Position numbers and translations under genes: made by a program | Notes under the pieces: model-generated | What the model was told of the DNA's origin: nothing | Database searches by the model: none | The model's input: only the letters and a program-made list of their open reading frames with translations | Assembly (NCBI GenBank): GCA_963677925.2 | Contig: CAXXYH010000003.1 | Location: 1,600,001 to 1,664,000, forward strand | Origin: Spirochaetia bacterium | Lineage (GTDB): Bacteria > Spirochaetota > Spirochaetia > UBA9216 | DNA: 64,000 bases | Reading direction: 5' to 3' | Shown here: in pieces, positions 9,068 through 18,698 of the stretch | Layout: each line of letters opens with the position of its first letter | How positions within the stretch are numbered: the stretch's first letter is position 1

Positions 9068-10291
9068 TCAGCAGAATTTATCAATCTTTTTTGAAATTAT
9101 AAGACGTATAGTATCTTCCGGAACATTTTCAAACTCTCTCCAGACCGACCATCTTGCTCCAATCAGAGTTTTACTCATTCCATACCACATTGATAGATAA
9201 GCAGGAACCATAAGAGGATAACGCCGTTCCAGAGCGGCCTGCTTAAATTCGTATATAACTTCATTTTCGTTAAAATTAATAATTGAATATTCTATCAATA
9301 AAACCTGAAGTATTACTTCAATAAATCCACCAAGAACCCGGCCGTCATTAACATCATTTGGAACGCCCAGCCAGTCCCGAAGTCCTTTTATGGCAAAGAA
9401 TTCCCCGAACATCGTCTTGCCTGTAGCCTCAAACATACATCTGATCATATGCTCAACACTTTGCGGGTCTAATTCACCAGAGGCAATCTTTACATTTAAA
9501 ACATTTATCACGTATGAAGCTCCCAGAGGGTGAACAAGTGTTGATCCGTAACACTGCGCCGCTGTTAGTTCGCCTGTTAATCCGTTACTGAATTTGTAGC
9601 CGCATTCCTCTCTAAGCTGCATAGGTTCCACAACCATCTGCTCTTCAGGAGTGAATTTTATCTGGTCATCAGTTGCTATTGGTCCGAACTTTTCCCAGAC
9701 CTGCTTTTCCGGCATAGGAAATTTTGTACGATCTTCAGCTATAACCCTGCAATGAAGATCACCGCATCCGATAGCTTCTACCATATTATATTCAGTGTCT
9801 GGGCCGAAGGCTTCACCGACACCCTGCAGGGATGCCGTAGTTGCACGGCAGAATTCCGATCCCAGAATATCCCAGGGGCAGACATCAAGCTCCTTTTCTA
9901 CTCTGTACTGTCCGAAATCATTCACTCTGCCAGGCATACACTGCCGATCATCCCCGGCATCTCCCATGACACCGCCAATATACCCTCCCTGCATAAAAGG
10001 GTGTATACAGTAATTATCAATATTCATCTGCTTGACTATCGGCATTGAAAACATACCTGCCATTGCCTTTCTATTAACCTCACAAAGCAATGAAGCCCTT
10101 TCTTTATAATCAGGTATCAATATACGTAAAGCCTGAATAAAAACCGTATCAATAACCGGGATATGCCGGCATAAATAGTGATATGCATCATGGAAAGAAA
10201 TCAATTTCTCCCATGGGGTTTTTATTGCAGGGTGTTCAGGAAGAGCCCCCTTACCAACTTCTCTTGGTATATGTGTACTATATTTACTCAT
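9068..10291 (-). CDS. Uncharacterised Cys-rich protein, probable tandem V4R/ATC-hydrolase-like fold
   Basis: CPW...EFC...VEAIGCGDLHCRVI resembles the V4R/ATC-hydrolase Cys signature; the second half appears to repeat the fold without Cys. AGGAA RBS. ORF is solid, fold is inferred. Confidence 0.6.
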   Translation of the reverse strand: MSKYSTHIPREVGKGALPEHPAIKTPWEKLISFHDAYHYLCRHIPVIDTVFIQALRILIPDYKERASLLCEVNRKAMAGMFSMPIVKQMNIDNYCIHPFMQGGYIGGVMGDAGDDRQCMPGRVNDFGQYRVEKELDVCPWDILGSEFCRATTASLQGVGEAFGPDTEYNMVEAIGCGDLHCRVIAEDRTKFPMPEKQVWEKFGPIATDDQIKFTPEEQMVVEPMQLREECGYKFSNGLTGELTAAQCYGSTLVHPLGASYVINVLNVKIASGELDPQSVEHMIRCMFEATGKTMFGEFFAIKGLRDWLGVPNDVNDGRVLGGFIEVILQVLLIEYSIINFNENEVIYEFKQAALERRYPLMVPAYLSMWYGMSKTLIGARWSVWREFENVPEDTIRLIISKKIDKFC

Positions 10292-10321
10292 CTTATTTCT
10301 CCTAACTGATATATAACCGAC

Positions 10322-11338
10322 TTAATAAAAGACTTTTTCGGTGACTAAAGCTTCAAATCCGTTCATTTTTACTTTATCCCCGATATTTACTTTTCCTTTA
10401 TCAAGTAATGCATAACCGATATTCTTGTTTATCATGTAAGAATAACTGACTTTTTTTACTATCCCTACTTTTTGATCATCAAGAAAAACTTCTGCCGGAA
10501 CGTTTCCTATACTGCTGTTCGGAATATGGATATCATCTTCATCAACCGTAAAACCGAACATTTGCCTTTTTGGTCCTTCTTCCTTAATTTTAGCAAGGGC
10601 AGCTTTCCCAATAAAATTCTTGTTCCAGTCGATGGATCGTTCAAATCCAACCTCAAGCGGGTTTGTTCCTTTAAGATCAGCCATAAGATAAAGCCCTTTT
10701 TCAGTGGACAGCGTCCAGGCAAGCACCTGAAACTCTGTAATATGAACAGCTCCGAAAGCAGTTCCGGCTTCGGATAGTTTTTCTGCAATCACCGGAGTGT
10801 TTTCGGGATCAGAATAAATTTCATAACCGATTTTTTCGCCTGCAAAGCCGGCTCTGGCTATTTTAACAGGTATACCATCAAAACTGTTATCTGCAATAGT
10901 GAAGAATTTCATGTCGTCAATTGGTTTTGCAAGTAAAACATTTAACAAATCTTTTGATCTGGGGCCCTGAACAGAATGCATATCCCATTTCGGGGTTACA
11001 TCAGCATATTCTACTTTTAATCCTTCTTTGTGAGCATCGAACCAGTCTGTCAGTCTTTTTTTAAACAGCGTAGATATCCAGAATTTTTGCTGCTCGATCC
11101 GGAAGATAACAACATCATCAATAATTATACCTTCATCATTAAGCGCTGTTGTATACCTTGCACATCCTGTTTTTAAAGATGAAATGTTATTCACGTAAAT
11201 TTTATCAAGAAACGATACAGAATCTTCGCCAGTTACTTCTATCAGATAATGCGTGAAGTAGTACCATCCGACAGTCTTTCGAACAGCTTCGTGCTGTTCT
11301 CTTTTCATTTCATCATCTTTATAAACGTTCTTAAACAT
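10322..11338 (-). CDS. Stand-alone GcvT-family folate-binding enzyme (aminomethyltransferase/demethylase-like)
   Basis: QHEAVR, EVTGEDSVSFL, GIIIDDVVIFR, SVQGPRS, RAGFAGE..GYEI, NPLEVG, FIGKAAL, NIGYALL. Confidence 0.85.
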   Translation of the reverse strand: MFKNVYKDDEMKREQHEAVRKTVGWYYFTHYLIEVTGEDSVSFLDKIYVNNISSLKTGCARYTTALNDEGIIIDDVVIFRIEQQKFWISTLFKKRLTDWFDAHKEGLKVEYADVTPKWDMHSVQGPRSKDLLNVLLAKPIDDMKFFTIADNSFDGIPVKIARAGFAGEKIGYEIYSDPENTPVIAEKLSEAGTAFGAVHITEFQVLAWTLSTEKGLYLMADLKGTNPLEVGFERSIDWNKNFIGKAALAKIKEEGPKRQMFGFTVDEDDIHIPNSSIGNVPAEVFLDDQKVGIVKKVSYSYMINKNIGYALLDKGKVNIGDKVKMNGFEALVTEKVFY

Positions 11339-11470
11339 ATAGACCGCTCCTTTCGGGGATTACGGCGATTTTACCTTTCTGCCTTTTAGACATAAATCTT
11401 CCTCCCTATAATACAACATTCAGTGAATTGCTTATTTATTCAGGCTAAACCCACTGGATTTATTCATAAA

Positions 11471-11486
11471 TACACTATTTTATGTA
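11471..11486. promoter_or_regulatory. Palindromic operator copy 4 (TACACTATTTTATGTA)
   Basis: Upstream of the GcvT-like gene; AAA/TTT flanks extend the symmetry. Confidence 0.65.
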
Positions 11487-11533
11487 TTTGAAAATGCAGG
11501 AAGAGATGAGGTTAATTGTATTGATTTTATTTA

Positions 11534-12316
11534 TCAGTTAGCAGGAATTATTCCAAAACTATATAATTTGATAATTAGCTCCTGTCTGCTGCAGACATTT
11601 AATTTCTGGTAGATATTGGCAATATGCCTGTAAACGGTTGAAATACTTATAAAGAGTTTTTTGCTGATCTGATCCGGATTTAAACCCTCACAAATATGAC
11701 GGGAAATTTCACGCTCGCGGACTGATAGAATATCATCAAGCTTTTCAATATTTTTTTCATTATTTTTTAATAATGTAATATGTAAATTCCTAAACAGATT
11801 TTCCAGATGGAGCAGTATGATTTTCATGATAGCCTGTTCCCTCTTCGAATAACCTCTTTTACTGACTCTATCCAGGGCAAAAACACATTTAACAAAATCA
11901 TCGTATGCATGAATTGTAAATATAGCACTGTAGTTAATCCCCTGCGGTTTTATGTAATCTTTTAGAAATTCATCCTCAGACTGGGCAGTCCAATCAAGAA
12001 CACTGATATCTATATCAGTATAATACTTTGAATAATCTTTTATTAGATTCCCGATTGAATATTTGCCATTATCCAGTTTGGAATAATATTCAAGATAGAC
12101 ATCTGTCCAGTCCTTTTTTGTACCCATTTGCCAGTAATCGTTAATTTTACCATTGGTATTGAAAAAAAAGATTCGTGCCTGCTCGAATGGAATCAAATCA
12201 GATATATTTTGAATAGACTTATCAATAAAGGCTTCAGGGTCTCTTACACTCCCTGTTTTAAGCAGATAATCATTTATATTATTCCATGGTAATTTTTCAA
12301 CATACTTGGATTCCAT
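11534..12316 (-). CDS. LuxR-family regulator, paralog B
   Basis: Same length (260 aa) and colinear with 8090..8872; LuxR HTH. Confidence 0.88.
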   Translation of the reverse strand: MESKYVEKLPWNNINDYLLKTGSVRDPEAFIDKSIQNISDLIPFEQARIFFFNTNGKINDYWQMGTKKDWTDVYLEYYSKLDNGKYSIGNLIKDYSKYYTDIDISVLDWTAQSEDEFLKDYIKPQGINYSAIFTIHAYDDFVKCVFALDRVSKRGYSKREQAIMKIILLHLENLFRNLHITLLKNNEKNIEKLDDILSVREREISRHICEGLNPDQISKKLFISISTVYRHIANIYQKLNVCSRQELIIKLYSFGIIPAN

Positions 12317-12357
12317 ATACCCATCTCAATAATTGGTGAAAGAACAGCAATTATTCA

Positions 12358-13962
12358 TCACTGCAAAGCATCCTGCAGCAATGCTGTTTGTGTTTTCATA
12401 CTATCCGCCAGCTTGGTAAGCTCTGCAACCGAATCACGAGAATTGGCTGCTCCCAACTTTATTTCATCGGCGCCCTGTGAAACTTCATCAATAATCCGGC
12501 TGACCTGCTGAACATTTTTCAGTATTTCAAGAGAAAAAGCAGCTACGTTTCTTGTATTCTCATCAACGGCCGAAGTTGAATCAGCCAGTATCTCAGCGGC
12601 ATTGTTTACATCTACGGCATCATTATCCAGTTTCTTCATAATTGATGCAATATCATTCATTGCAGAGTTAACTCTGGCTGCACTTAGATTAATTTGATTA
12701 AATGATTTACCGCTTTGTCCTACACGCTGATCGGTAAGGTATATTGCATCAGTTAAAGCTTTTAAATCTCTTTCAATACTTTCCGCACTGATTCTGCTCG
12801 ATTCAGCAAGTTTTCTTATTTCCTCTGCAACCACTGCAAAACCCTTACCTGAATCTCCGGCATGAGCAGCTTCTATTGCAGCATTCATTGAAAGCAGATT
12901 TGTCTGCGAAGAAATATCGGAAATCAGCTGAGTCATCTCCTTAATACTGTCAATCATTGTCACGACACGTCGAAATGCTTCCGTTGTTTCATTTAAGGTA
13001 TTTAATCCTTCAACTGAAGCTTCCTTAAGGCTGTCAGTATCTTCAGTTCTAGCCTGTATCTCCTTTGTTACTGATGCAATAGATGAAGCAATATTCTTAA
13101 CTCCGATTGAAGCGGCTGAAACACTGTCAGTCTGCCTGGATGATAGTTCCGCCAGGTTATCAATTCTATTATTGATCTGCCCTATGGAACTTTCGGTATT
13201 CTGAAATTGTTCGTTAAGATAAATAATCTGCTTATTTATAGATTGAACATTCTGTTCTATCTCATAACTTGAGGATGTAGTTTCTTCTGCTGCAATTTTC
13301 AGTAAATCACTGTTATTCATCTGAACAGCAACCTGTGACATTATGCGCCTGCTTTTTTGCTCGGCATGATGAGATCTTTCAAGTTCTGCAGCAAGATTAT
13401 TTAATAATTTTTTAAAGATAGTCTGACTTGAAACACCGACACCTATAAAAACCAGAAGCAGGACTATTGCAGGTATTCCAAGACTTATAAAAATACCAGA
13501 ATTTAATTTACCGTTAAGAAAATCAATTAAAATATGAACCATACTGCTGAATAAAATAAAACCGGCAAAAGAATTGGTTATCTTCCGGGAACTGAGCAGT
13601 AATGAAATAATCAGAAAGATAGCGCCGTAGGCTGCAGATTCAAAAATATATGAATATGCTTCAAGCCCCATAGTGGATAGAGCAACTGAAATGGATATAA
13701 AGAAGGTAGGTCCTATGATATTTGTAGACAGTTCATATTTACCTTTAAAGAGACTTATAGTTGCAAAAATAAGTACAGCCTCAGCAATTAAAAAAGTTAC
13801 AAACAGATAATTAAACACCAGATGAATTACCATATTCAAAATAAATAAAGTGTATAGTATATCAAAAATAAGCAGTATCACGATTGATATTACTGATTTA
13901 AGTCGTATCTCATAACTGGAGTTCTTATATATTTGTTCAATATGATTAAGTATATTTTTCAT
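12358..13962 (-). CDS. Methyl-accepting chemotaxis protein
   Basis: About 6 TM, then QTNLLSMNAAIEAAHAGDSGKGFAVVAEEIRKLAE signalling hairpin. Confidence 0.93.
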   Translation of the reverse strand: MKNILNHIEQIYKNSSYEIRLKSVISIVILLIFDILYTLFILNMVIHLVFNYLFVTFLIAEAVLIFATISLFKGKYELSTNIIGPTFFISISVALSTMGLEAYSYIFESAAYGAIFLIISLLLSSRKITNSFAGFILFSSMVHILIDFLNGKLNSGIFISLGIPAIVLLLVFIGVGVSSQTIFKKLLNNLAAELERSHHAEQKSRRIMSQVAVQMNNSDLLKIAAEETTSSSYEIEQNVQSINKQIIYLNEQFQNTESSIGQINNRIDNLAELSSRQTDSVSAASIGVKNIASSIASVTKEIQARTEDTDSLKEASVEGLNTLNETTEAFRRVVTMIDSIKEMTQLISDISSQTNLLSMNAAIEAAHAGDSGKGFAVVAEEIRKLAESSRISAESIERDLKALTDAIYLTDQRVGQSGKSFNQINLSAARVNSAMNDIASIMKKLDNDAVDVNNAAEILADSTSAVDENTRNVAAFSLEILKNVQQVSRIIDEVSQGADEIKLGAANSRDSVAELTKLADSMKTQTALLQDALQ

Positions 13963-14020
13963 CGAATACCTTTCTATTTAAGTCATAATTATATCGTTTT
14001 ATTATAACAGATCTCTGAAC

Positions 14021-15700
14021 TCAAGTTGTTTCTGAATTATTAATTTTATCCTTTTTTTGCATATATCTGAAAAATATAAAAAAAGTTCCGGACAGCAGCA
14101 AACAAAGCGCCGCCTGGTAAAAAACCCATCCGGGCAGGCCCATAAATATAACATGACCTCCATCAAAAATAAAATAATTTAAAAAATCAGTTCCCATAAT
14201 CAGCAGAAGTACAAATACTGTCATCCAGGCTGGAGGAAGTTTGGAAGAAAGGCTGTATACATGGATATCATTATCAAAAAAAGAGGAATTATTTAAATGC
14301 GAGCCTGCAAACATGGCAAGCCATGAAGCACTGCATATAATAAAAACAGCAGGTATTTTACCAAAACTGATAAACCCAAGGCCATGAAACAATGTCAGCA
14401 TTTCACCGACCAGGATTGAAGCAAAAGCTCCGGTAAAATTCAGTTTTTTACAGTACAAGCCGCCAAAAACCAGAGGAGCCAGAGCTGCATAACCAAGAAA
14501 GCTTGATTTATTAATAAAATCAAGAATATTTTTTGGAGGAAAGAGAGCGATTAAAAGCCCGCTTAAGGCTATTAGTCCGGTAATAATTCTTATCAGCCCA
14601 ATTTTTAAATCCTTCTTTCCCATTAAATCTCTTGTTATAATTGATGAAAGACTTAACAGCTGTGAGTCAAGCGAGGACATTATTGCAGCGAGCGGGGCAA
14701 TCATGAAAACCGAGGCCATCACAGGATTAACCGCTTCCGCTGTCACCATCGGCCATATACGGTCTGTGCTGCCTGAATCCAGACCGGGAAATATTCCGGC
14801 ACCGATTACACCTACAGAAATAGTTAAAAAGAATAAAACCATTGTTATTACCGGATAAAATGAAACTGTTTTGTTCAGGGTATTAACATTTTTTGCTGCA
14901 AGAAATCTTTGATTCAACTGAGGAAACATCGGATCAGCAAAAAACCACAGAACAATATATCCCGCGAGCGTACTGAAGTTTATCCCCGGGCCGCGTCCTG
15001 ATCTGCTGAACAATTCAGGAACTGCTCTGTAGGTTAATGCATGAACTTCTGAAAAACCGCCGAAATGTTTAACTGCTGCGCCATACGCAGCAGCCGCAAG
15101 TACCAGCATTATTACACCCTGAAAAAGATCAGTTCTTGCAACAGCCCGCATTCCTCCCCGTGTAGTATACAGACCGACAACCAGTGAACATGTAATTACA
15201 CCGATTCGATATGGAACACCGAAAAATGATTCGAGTATGATACCGGCCGACATAGGCTGAAGTGCCAGATACGGCAATGTCAGGAGAATTAAAACTACAG
15301 AATATATTTTTGTAAGTTTCCTGTTTCTGTACCTATCCTGAACATAGTCTGCCGGACTTACATATCCCCGCAGGCGTCCGAGTTCTCCAAGGGGAGCTCC
15401 TACCAGATACATTCCGAGAGCCATAAACCCGGTACCGAAAGCCATCACAGGATAAAATGCGTAACCGATTCTATATCCGGCTCCGGATAATCCAAGTATG
15501 GTAAAAGCCGAAAAGTTGGTAGCAGCAGTAGATACAAGCAATACCGCAGTCGACATCTTTTTTCCAGACAGAAAGTAGTTTTCATCAGATCCGTATTTTA
15601 TTGAATTTATTTTGTTTGATTGTTTATTATTAAAAGGGCTGAAGTCAATAACAATAATAATTAAGAAATAAAGAACCAGCAGTAGAATTCCCAAGAGCAT
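14021..15700 (-). CDS. Sodium:solute symporter with C-terminal DUF3311-like extension
   Basis: YFLSGK, ATNFSAFTILG, GGMRAVARTD, AAIMSSLDSQLL; two extra C-terminal TMs (MGLPGWVFYQ). Confidence 0.85.
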   Translation of the reverse strand: MLLGILLLVLYFLIIIVIDFSPFNNKQSNKINSIKYGSDENYFLSGKKMSTAVLLVSTAATNFSAFTILGLSGAGYRIGYAFYPVMAFGTGFMALGMYLVGAPLGELGRLRGYVSPADYVQDRYRNRKLTKIYSVVLILLTLPYLALQPMSAGIILESFFGVPYRIGVITCSLVVGLYTTRGGMRAVARTDLFQGVIMLVLAAAAYGAAVKHFGGFSEVHALTYRAVPELFSRSGRGPGINFSTLAGYIVLWFFADPMFPQLNQRFLAAKNVNTLNKTVSFYPVITMVLFFLTISVGVIGAGIFPGLDSGSTDRIWPMVTAEAVNPVMASVFMIAPLAAIMSSLDSQLLSLSSIITRDLMGKKDLKIGLIRIITGLIALSGLLIALFPPKNILDFINKSSFLGYAALAPLVFGGLYCKKLNFTGAFASILVGEMLTLFHGLGFISFGKIPAVFIICSASWLAMFAGSHLNNSSFFDNDIHVYSLSSKLPPAWMTVFVLLLIMGTDFLNYFIFDGGHVIFMGLPGWVFYQAALCLLLSGTFFIFFRYMQKKDKINNSETT

Positions 15701-16012
15701 ATAGCCTCCCCTGAGCCGGGATGGTTATTTAAAACCTTGCATAGCTCTTAGATAGTCTTGAACAAAGTCAGAAGAATTTATATAAGAATTAACTTCTATA
15801 GTCAATGCCCCAAAAAACTTTTCCCATTTTTTAAACATTTATGCAGAGCTATGCAGAACTGCAATATTAATTCCGGGCTTATCACATATAAGTAGTGTAT
15901 TGCTTCCCCTCTGCTTTATAAATATTCAGAATATATGGTCTTAGTTAATTTAAAAGAAATTTTAATAAATTATTATTTATCTCATGCTTATTTAGACCTA
16001 CAATTGAGTTAT

Positions 16013-16999
16013 ATGAATATTCTAATAACCGGCGGATTCGGTAACATCGGCATTTCTGTAATAGAAGAATGTCTCAGACGGGAACACTCAGTTACTGTTT
16101 TTGATCTCAAAAATAGAAGAACAGAGAAAGCTGCCAAAAAATTTTCAAAGCAAATGGTAAGAACGGTTTTCGGTAATATTACAAATATCACTGATGTGTC
16201 AAAAGCCGCTAAAGATCAGGATGCGGTCATCCATCTGGCGGCAATACTTCCGCCGCTAAGCAACAGCAATCCGGCATTATGCAGAGCAGTAAATGTTACC
16301 GGTATTAAAAACCTGATTGATTCCATTAAAGCCTTGAATAAAAATACAGTATTTGTAGAAGTCTCTTCAGCCAGTGTAATGGGGCCAACACAGAAAAAGA
16401 GCCCGCCTGTCTGCTCTGATGATCCAATGAATGGTACTGATAATTATTCAAAGACAAAGATTGAAGCTGAAACTCTTGTAGAAAAATCCGGCTTGCCATC
16501 TTGCATTCTGCGTCTTGCCGCGGTACTGCCTACTAATATCAATCTTTCATATTTTACTAACATGATAAAGGTAATGTTTGATATGCCTTTGGATGCAAGA
16601 TGTGAAATTGTACTTGATCTTGACGTCGCTTCAGCCCTTGTATCGGCAGCCGAAAATCTTTACAGCGGTGGAAGTCTCTGTGGTAAGAAAGGATTTATTG
16701 CAGGCGGAGATAAAAACAGCTGCAGGCTTACCAACAGAGATATGCTGACATCAGTATTCAAACAAACAGGTCTTTCCTTTCCAAGTGAAGAGCTGTTCTC
16801 TTCTAATATAAACAACTATTACCTGGACTGGTATGACACAGAGGATATGCAGAAGATTCTCTGTTTCCAGAATCATTCATTTGATCAGTGGAAAAGTATA
16901 ATAGGTAGAAAGCTGTCTGCCTATAAACTTCCCATTCTGCTGTTTAACCGTACTATTCTGAAATGGCTGGAAAATCAGGCTCCTGATTTTCGAAGCTGA
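16013..16999 (+). CDS. NAD-dependent epimerase/dehydratase (extended SDR)
   Basis: MNILITGGFGNIG, IHLAA, SSASV, YSKTK. Start placed at ATG 16013. Confidence 0.85.
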   Translation: MNILITGGFGNIGISVIEECLRREHSVTVFDLKNRRTEKAAKKFSKQMVRTVFGNITNITDVSKAAKDQDAVIHLAAILPPLSNSNPALCRAVNVTGIKNLIDSIKALNKNTVFVEVSSASVMGPTQKKSPPVCSDDPMNGTDNYSKTKIEAETLVEKSGLPSCILRLAAVLPTNINLSYFTNMIKVMFDMPLDARCEIVLDLDVASALVSAAENLYSGGSLCGKKGFIAGGDKNSCRLTNRDMLTSVFKQTGLSFPSEELFSSNINNYYLDWYDTEDMQKILCFQNHSFDQWKSIIGRKLSAYKLPILLFNRTILKWLENQAPDFRS

Positions 17000-17041
17000 T
17001 ACAGGATCTCAATACTCTATATTGCATTTTGAGAAGACAGT

Positions 17042-17401
17042 TCAAAACTCCATCAGCACATTACTTGTCAACACCACATCAACTTCCAATCCCAGTACAT
17101 TTTGAATAATGACAGAACCTGTCCCTAATCGTTTGTCCAGCCTGACTTTATGAATCTCATCCATTACATCAAAGATTCTCGCCTTAGGAATTTCCGCTGA
17201 GATTTTCACCGGGACAACCGGTGTTTCTGAAAATGAGGTCCTTACTGTGGAGCTGATGGTTCTCATGGGAGAGGTCAGCTCGGATAGGGCAAAGCTTTTT
17301 CCTCTGGGACAGCTGTATCCGCTGATATCAGGTTCATCAGCTTTCCCGCTTATTTTCAACATGCAGCCTTTCGGGCATTCAATACATACAATTTCAGTCA
17401 T
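17042..17401 (-). CDS. DUF1667 CxxC metal-binding protein
   Basis: CIECPKGC...GYSCPRG...PMRTISSTV. Confidence 0.85.
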   Translation of the reverse strand: MTEIVCIECPKGCMLKISGKADEPDISGYSCPRGKSFALSELTSPMRTISSTVRTSFSETPVVPVKISAEIPKARIFDVMDEIHKVRLDKRLGTGSVIIQNVLGLEVDVVLTSNVLMEF

Positions 17402-17402
17402 T

Positions 17403-18698
17403 TCAGGCTACCTCAATTTCCAGAGTGATTTTCGCATCGACCCGCAGATTATGCTGCCCGAAGCGGTATGAAAGCCTTTCCATCTCCGGCGGCTTCATAA
17501 AGCCGTACTTTTTACGGTAGACCTCTGCACCGTCTATCCTGATAACAAGAAAACAGTCTGACAGTATTTCACGGCTTCTGAAAAACAGAACTGTCTCTTC
17601 TTCTGAATCATAAAATGAAAGACGCTGCGGCACAACATATGCCAGGCCATTTCCTGCAGAAAGAACCGCCGATTTAATGTCAGCTGAAGTAGATTCAGCA
17701 TCACAGCACGCCGCCTCTTCGCTCCTCCCAGCGCTGTACTCAGCTGCTGCCTTCCCCGCAAGCTCACCGCTCTCTGAAACATAATCGACAAGATCATTTA
17801 CATGCAGGGCATTGCCGCAGGCAAAGACTCCCTCAACATCTGTCATAAGCTTCGTATTGCATAGCGGCCCTTTTGTCAGCGGATCTATCTGCACGCCGAG
17901 TTTATCCGCAAGTTCATTTTCAGGGATAAGACCTACCGAAAGAATAAGCGAGTCGCATTCAATTATTTCTGCAGTGCCCGGAATAGGCTGCATCTTTTCA
18001 TCCACGGAACTCACCTCGACGGCAGTGAGCCTTTCATTTCCGAATACTCTTGTAACAGTCATTGAAAGATGCAGCGGGATATCATAATCGTTCAGACACT
18101 GGTGAATATTGCGTGTCAGTCCGGAAGGTGTTGATTTGGCCTCGTAAACACCTATAACTTCCGCTCCCTCCAGAGAGAGCCTGCGCGCCATAATAAGACC
18201 GATATCCCCGCTTCCCAGAATAACACAGCGCTTCGCGGGCATCTCACCAAGAAGGTTGATGTAATGCTGGGCAGTTCCGGCAGTAAAGATTCCCGAGGGG
18301 CGGGTGCCGTGGATAAACACCTGTCTGGCCGTTCTCTCCCGGCATCCGGTGGCAAGGATGATGGTCTTTGAAGCGATGACACTCACCCCCTCCCTGCTGA
18401 CTGTAGTAATATGGAAGAGGTCCTCCTTTTTCTCAATCGCGGTAACGAATGTCAGAACCATAGTATCGATTCCGTGCTCCCGCAGCTCGGAGGTAAACCT
18501 TTCAGCATATTCAGGACCTGTCAGTTTCTCTTTAAAGCGGACAATTCCGAATCCGTCATGAATGCACTGTTTGAGGATGCCGCCAAGGCGTGCTTCTCTT
18601 TCAATTAAAAGTACAGCAGCTCCGTTTTTCTCCGCGGCAATTGCCGCAGCAAGTCCGGCCGGACCGCCGCCGATAACTGTAACGTCAAATTTGTTCAT
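17403..18698 (-). CDS. NAD(P)/FAD-dependent oxidoreductase (partner of GlpA-like)
   Basis: GGGPAG, GGILKQCIHDGFG, ATGCRER, GSGDIG, GVFACGN. Confidence 0.88.
   Translation of the reverse strand: MNKFDVTVIGGGPAGLAAAIAAEKNGAAVLLIEREARLGGILKQCIHDGFGIVRFKEKLTGPEYAERFTSELREHGIDTMVLTFVTAIEKKEDLFHITTVSREGVSVIASKTIILATGCRERTARQVFIHGTRPSGIFTAGTAQHYINLLGEMPAKRCVILGSGDIGLIMARRLSLEGAEVIGVYEAKSTPSGLTRNIHQCLNDYDIPLHLSMTVTRVFGNERLTAVEVSSVDEKMQPIPGTAEIIECDSLILSVGLIPENELADKLGVQIDPLTKGPLCNTKLMTDVEGVFACGNALHVNDLVDYVSESGELAGKAAAEYSAGRSEEAACCDAESTSADIKSAVLSAGNGLAYVVPQRLSFYDSEEETVLFFRSREILSDCFLVIRIDGAEVYRKKYGFMKPPEMERLSYRFGQHNLRVDAKITLEIEVA

Noticed and set aside
10322-11338. Glycine cleavage system and glycine riboswitch
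   Set aside because: No gcvP/gcvH is present and no riboswitch consensus is recognisable upstream.
15701-15800. Riboswitch upstream of the sodium:solute symporter
   Set aside because: No recognisable TPP, SAM, FMN, lysine or preQ1 core by eye. An Infernal/Rfam scan would settle it.
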